A DNA stretch of 60,413 bases from an uncultured Erysipelotrichaceae bacterium (GTDB lineage Bacteria > Bacillota_I > Bacilli_A > RF39 > UBA660), in contig CACXGO010000021.1 of assembly GCA_902767245.1 (NCBI GenBank), positions 1-60,413 of the forward strand, written 5' to 3'. Under the pieces are notes generated by a model that ran no database searches, had not been told where the DNA came from, and saw only the letters and a program-made list of their open reading frames with translations. The position numbers and the translations under genes are program-made. Shown here in pieces: positions 58,686 through 60,413 of the stretch (positions are counted from its first letter, which is position 1; each line of letters begins with the position of its first letter).

Positions 58686-60020
58686 TTGAAAAATATAAGT
58701 ATCTGGAAAGATTCAATTGATTTAAAAGAATATCCTAAATTAAATGAAAATAAAAATGTTGATGTTCTAATAATTGGTGGTGGTATTACTGGAATTAGTA
58801 CTTTTTATTATTTGAAAAAGTCTGGTTTAAAAACTATATTAGTTGAGCAAAATAAAATTGGTTTGGGAATAACTGGTTCTTCTACTGGAAAATTGTCAAT
58901 TTTACAAAATGATTTAATTGATAAAATACGATCATCATTTAATGATGAAACTGCATTAAAATATATTAATAGTCAAATTGATGCAATTAATAAAATTGTT
59001 AAACTAATTTTAGATTTGAAAATTGATTGTGATTTAGAAAAAATACCAGCTTCACTATATACAAATAATGAGTTCGAAATCGATAGAATTAAAAACTTAG
59101 CTGCATTTTTATTAAAAAACAATATTAGAGTTGAACCAAGTAATTTAAAAATTGTTAAAAATAAATTTGCGATTAAAGATGATGTTTCATATGTTTTCAA
59201 TCCGTTAAAGTTTTTAAATGGTATTTTGAGTAAAGATGATTATGAAATATATGAAAAAACAAGTATTATTAAAATTAAAAGAGAAAAAAATTTTTATATT
59301 TCTTATACGGATAATTATAAGATTAAATCAAAATTTGTTGTTATAGCATCTCACTATCCTTACTTTCTAATTCCATATTTTTTTCCTTTTAAATCAGCTT
59401 TAGAAAAATCATATTTAAGTGCTTCGACATATAATGGTCAAAAATTATCTCTTATTAATTATCAAAAACCATTTATTTCGATTAGAACATATAAAAATTA
59501 TTTAATTTATCTTAGTAATTCACATAATATAAGTTGTAAAACTTGTGATTATAATCATTTTCAAGAATTGTTAAAGAAATTAGAAGATATTAAGCTAAAA
59601 CCAGATTATTTATGGAGTAATATCGACATTATTACAAATGATGGGATGCCTTATGTTGGTGAAATTAAAAAAAACTTATTAATTGGAACTGGCTACAATA
59701 CTTGGGGACTTACTAATGGTTTTTTAGCTGGTGAAATCTTAAAAGACATTATTTTAAAAAATAATAATCCATATATTAGTTTATTTGCTCCAAAGCGTTT
59801 TAATTTGGCTCAATTAAAAGGTTATATAGGAAATATATGTAAAAATGCATTGGGCTTTTTAGTGGGCTTAAAAGGCAAAAATAATCATTATTGTTCACAT
59901 ATGAATTGTAAGCTTATTTTTAATAAAATAGAAAAGACATGGGATTGTCCATGTCATGGTTCTAGATTTGATATTAATAATAATCCAATTAGTGGTCCTG
60001 CTAATAAAAAATCCAAGTGA
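58686..60020 (+). CDS. FAD-dependent oxidoreductase with minimal Rieske domain (YhfW-like)
   Basis: IIGGGITG, TG.STG, TGYN.WG.T, CSHMNC...WDCPCHGSRF. Confidence 0.88.
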   Translation: MKNISIWKDSIDLKEYPKLNENKNVDVLIIGGGITGISTFYYLKKSGLKTILVEQNKIGLGITGSSTGKLSILQNDLIDKIRSSFNDETALKYINSQIDAINKIVKLILDLKIDCDLEKIPASLYTNNEFEIDRIKNLAAFLLKNNIRVEPSNLKIVKNKFAIKDDVSYVFNPLKFLNGILSKDDYEIYEKTSIIKIKREKNFYISYTDNYKIKSKFVVIASHYPYFLIPYFFPFKSALEKSYLSASTYNGQKLSLINYQKPFISIRTYKNYLIYLSNSHNISCKTCDYNHFQELLKKLEDIKLKPDYLWSNIDIITNDGMPYVGEIKKNLLIGTGYNTWGLTNGFLAGEILKDIILKNNNPYISLFAPKRFNLAQLKGYIGNICKNALGFLVGLKGKNNHYCSHMNCKLIFNKIEKTWDCPCHGSRFDINNNPISGPANKKSK

Positions 60021-60041
60021 TTCGCTTGGATTAATTTTTAC

Positions 60042-60115
60042 TGGAGCAAATAACGGGAATCGAACCCGCACCCTAAGCTTGGGAAGCTCATGTTCTACCA
60101 TTAAACTATATCTGC
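60042..60115 (-). tRNA. tRNA-Gly(CCC)
   Basis: Reverse complement GCAGATATAGTTTAATGGTAGAACATGAGCTTCCCAAGCTTAGGGTGCGGGTTCGATTCCCGTTATTTGCTCCA. Confidence 0.94.
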
Positions 60116-60328
60116 ATAAAATTATATTAACATAAATATTAAATTTTTTCAATTTAAATGTTATAAATTAAATTCTTTTATAATTAATAAAGATATTCAA
60201 AATATTGTGATAGTTATAAGTAAATAATAGTATAAAGGAATGCTCCTAAAACTTAAAAAATGCATTTCACAGGTAACATTTAATTGACAAATAATAAAAA
60301 TAGTGTATAATTAAAATTGCTTACCAAT

Positions 60329-60402
<74 letters not shown>

Positions 60403-60413
60403 TATGTAAAAAT

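Noticed and set aside
1072-59200. Numerous 60-185 aa ORFs nested in or antisense to long genes (e.g. 1072, 1636, 4434, 9017, 11977, 19961, 25338, 39746, 42101, 57324, 58973)
   Set aside because: Shadow frames of well-supported genes, with no SD or recognisable motifs
59895-60152. 85-aa ORF on the - strand
   Set aside because: Overlaps tRNA-Gly(CCC) and the end of the oxidoreductase gene

Overview
Very AT-rich, gene-dense chromosomal window from a low-GC, walled, apparently endospore-forming Bacillota genome. It uses standard code 11; an RF39/UBA660-like uncultured Bacilli lineage is my inference from composition and gene style, not a database result. The left two-thirds are mostly + strand core genes: P-type ATPase, dinB, tex, uppS-cdsA-rseP, an ABC pair, murG-murB-divIB-ftsA-ftsZ-spoIIGA-sigE, dxs, sigG, ylmC, uppP, holA and xerD-deoB. 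Gene orientation flips near a Bacillus-type dif site at 37508-37535, so the window probably spans the replication terminus. Five tRNAs are present (Gly GCC/CCC/TCC, Cys, Gln). Main findings: (1) a compact ~537-nt OLE RNA with oapA, outside its usual ispA-dxs context; (2) a ~9 kb accessory block just past dif, containing two divergent tandem adenylate-forming enzymes that share a 55-bp promoter, a LysR regulator, and two transcription units with identically built putative LysR operators (a YgjV-like membrane protein; a GNAT-like protein plus M20 amidohydrolase). This block is my best candidate for an undescribed system; (3) unannotated small ORFs, including a SASP-like peptide with a sigma-G-type promoter; (4) stand-alone accessory genes (WG-repeat, metallophosphoesterase, Cys-His-Asp papain-like) with basic C-terminal tails. 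No CRISPR array, IS element or prophage was seen. All family calls come from motif recognition by eye; no searches were run.
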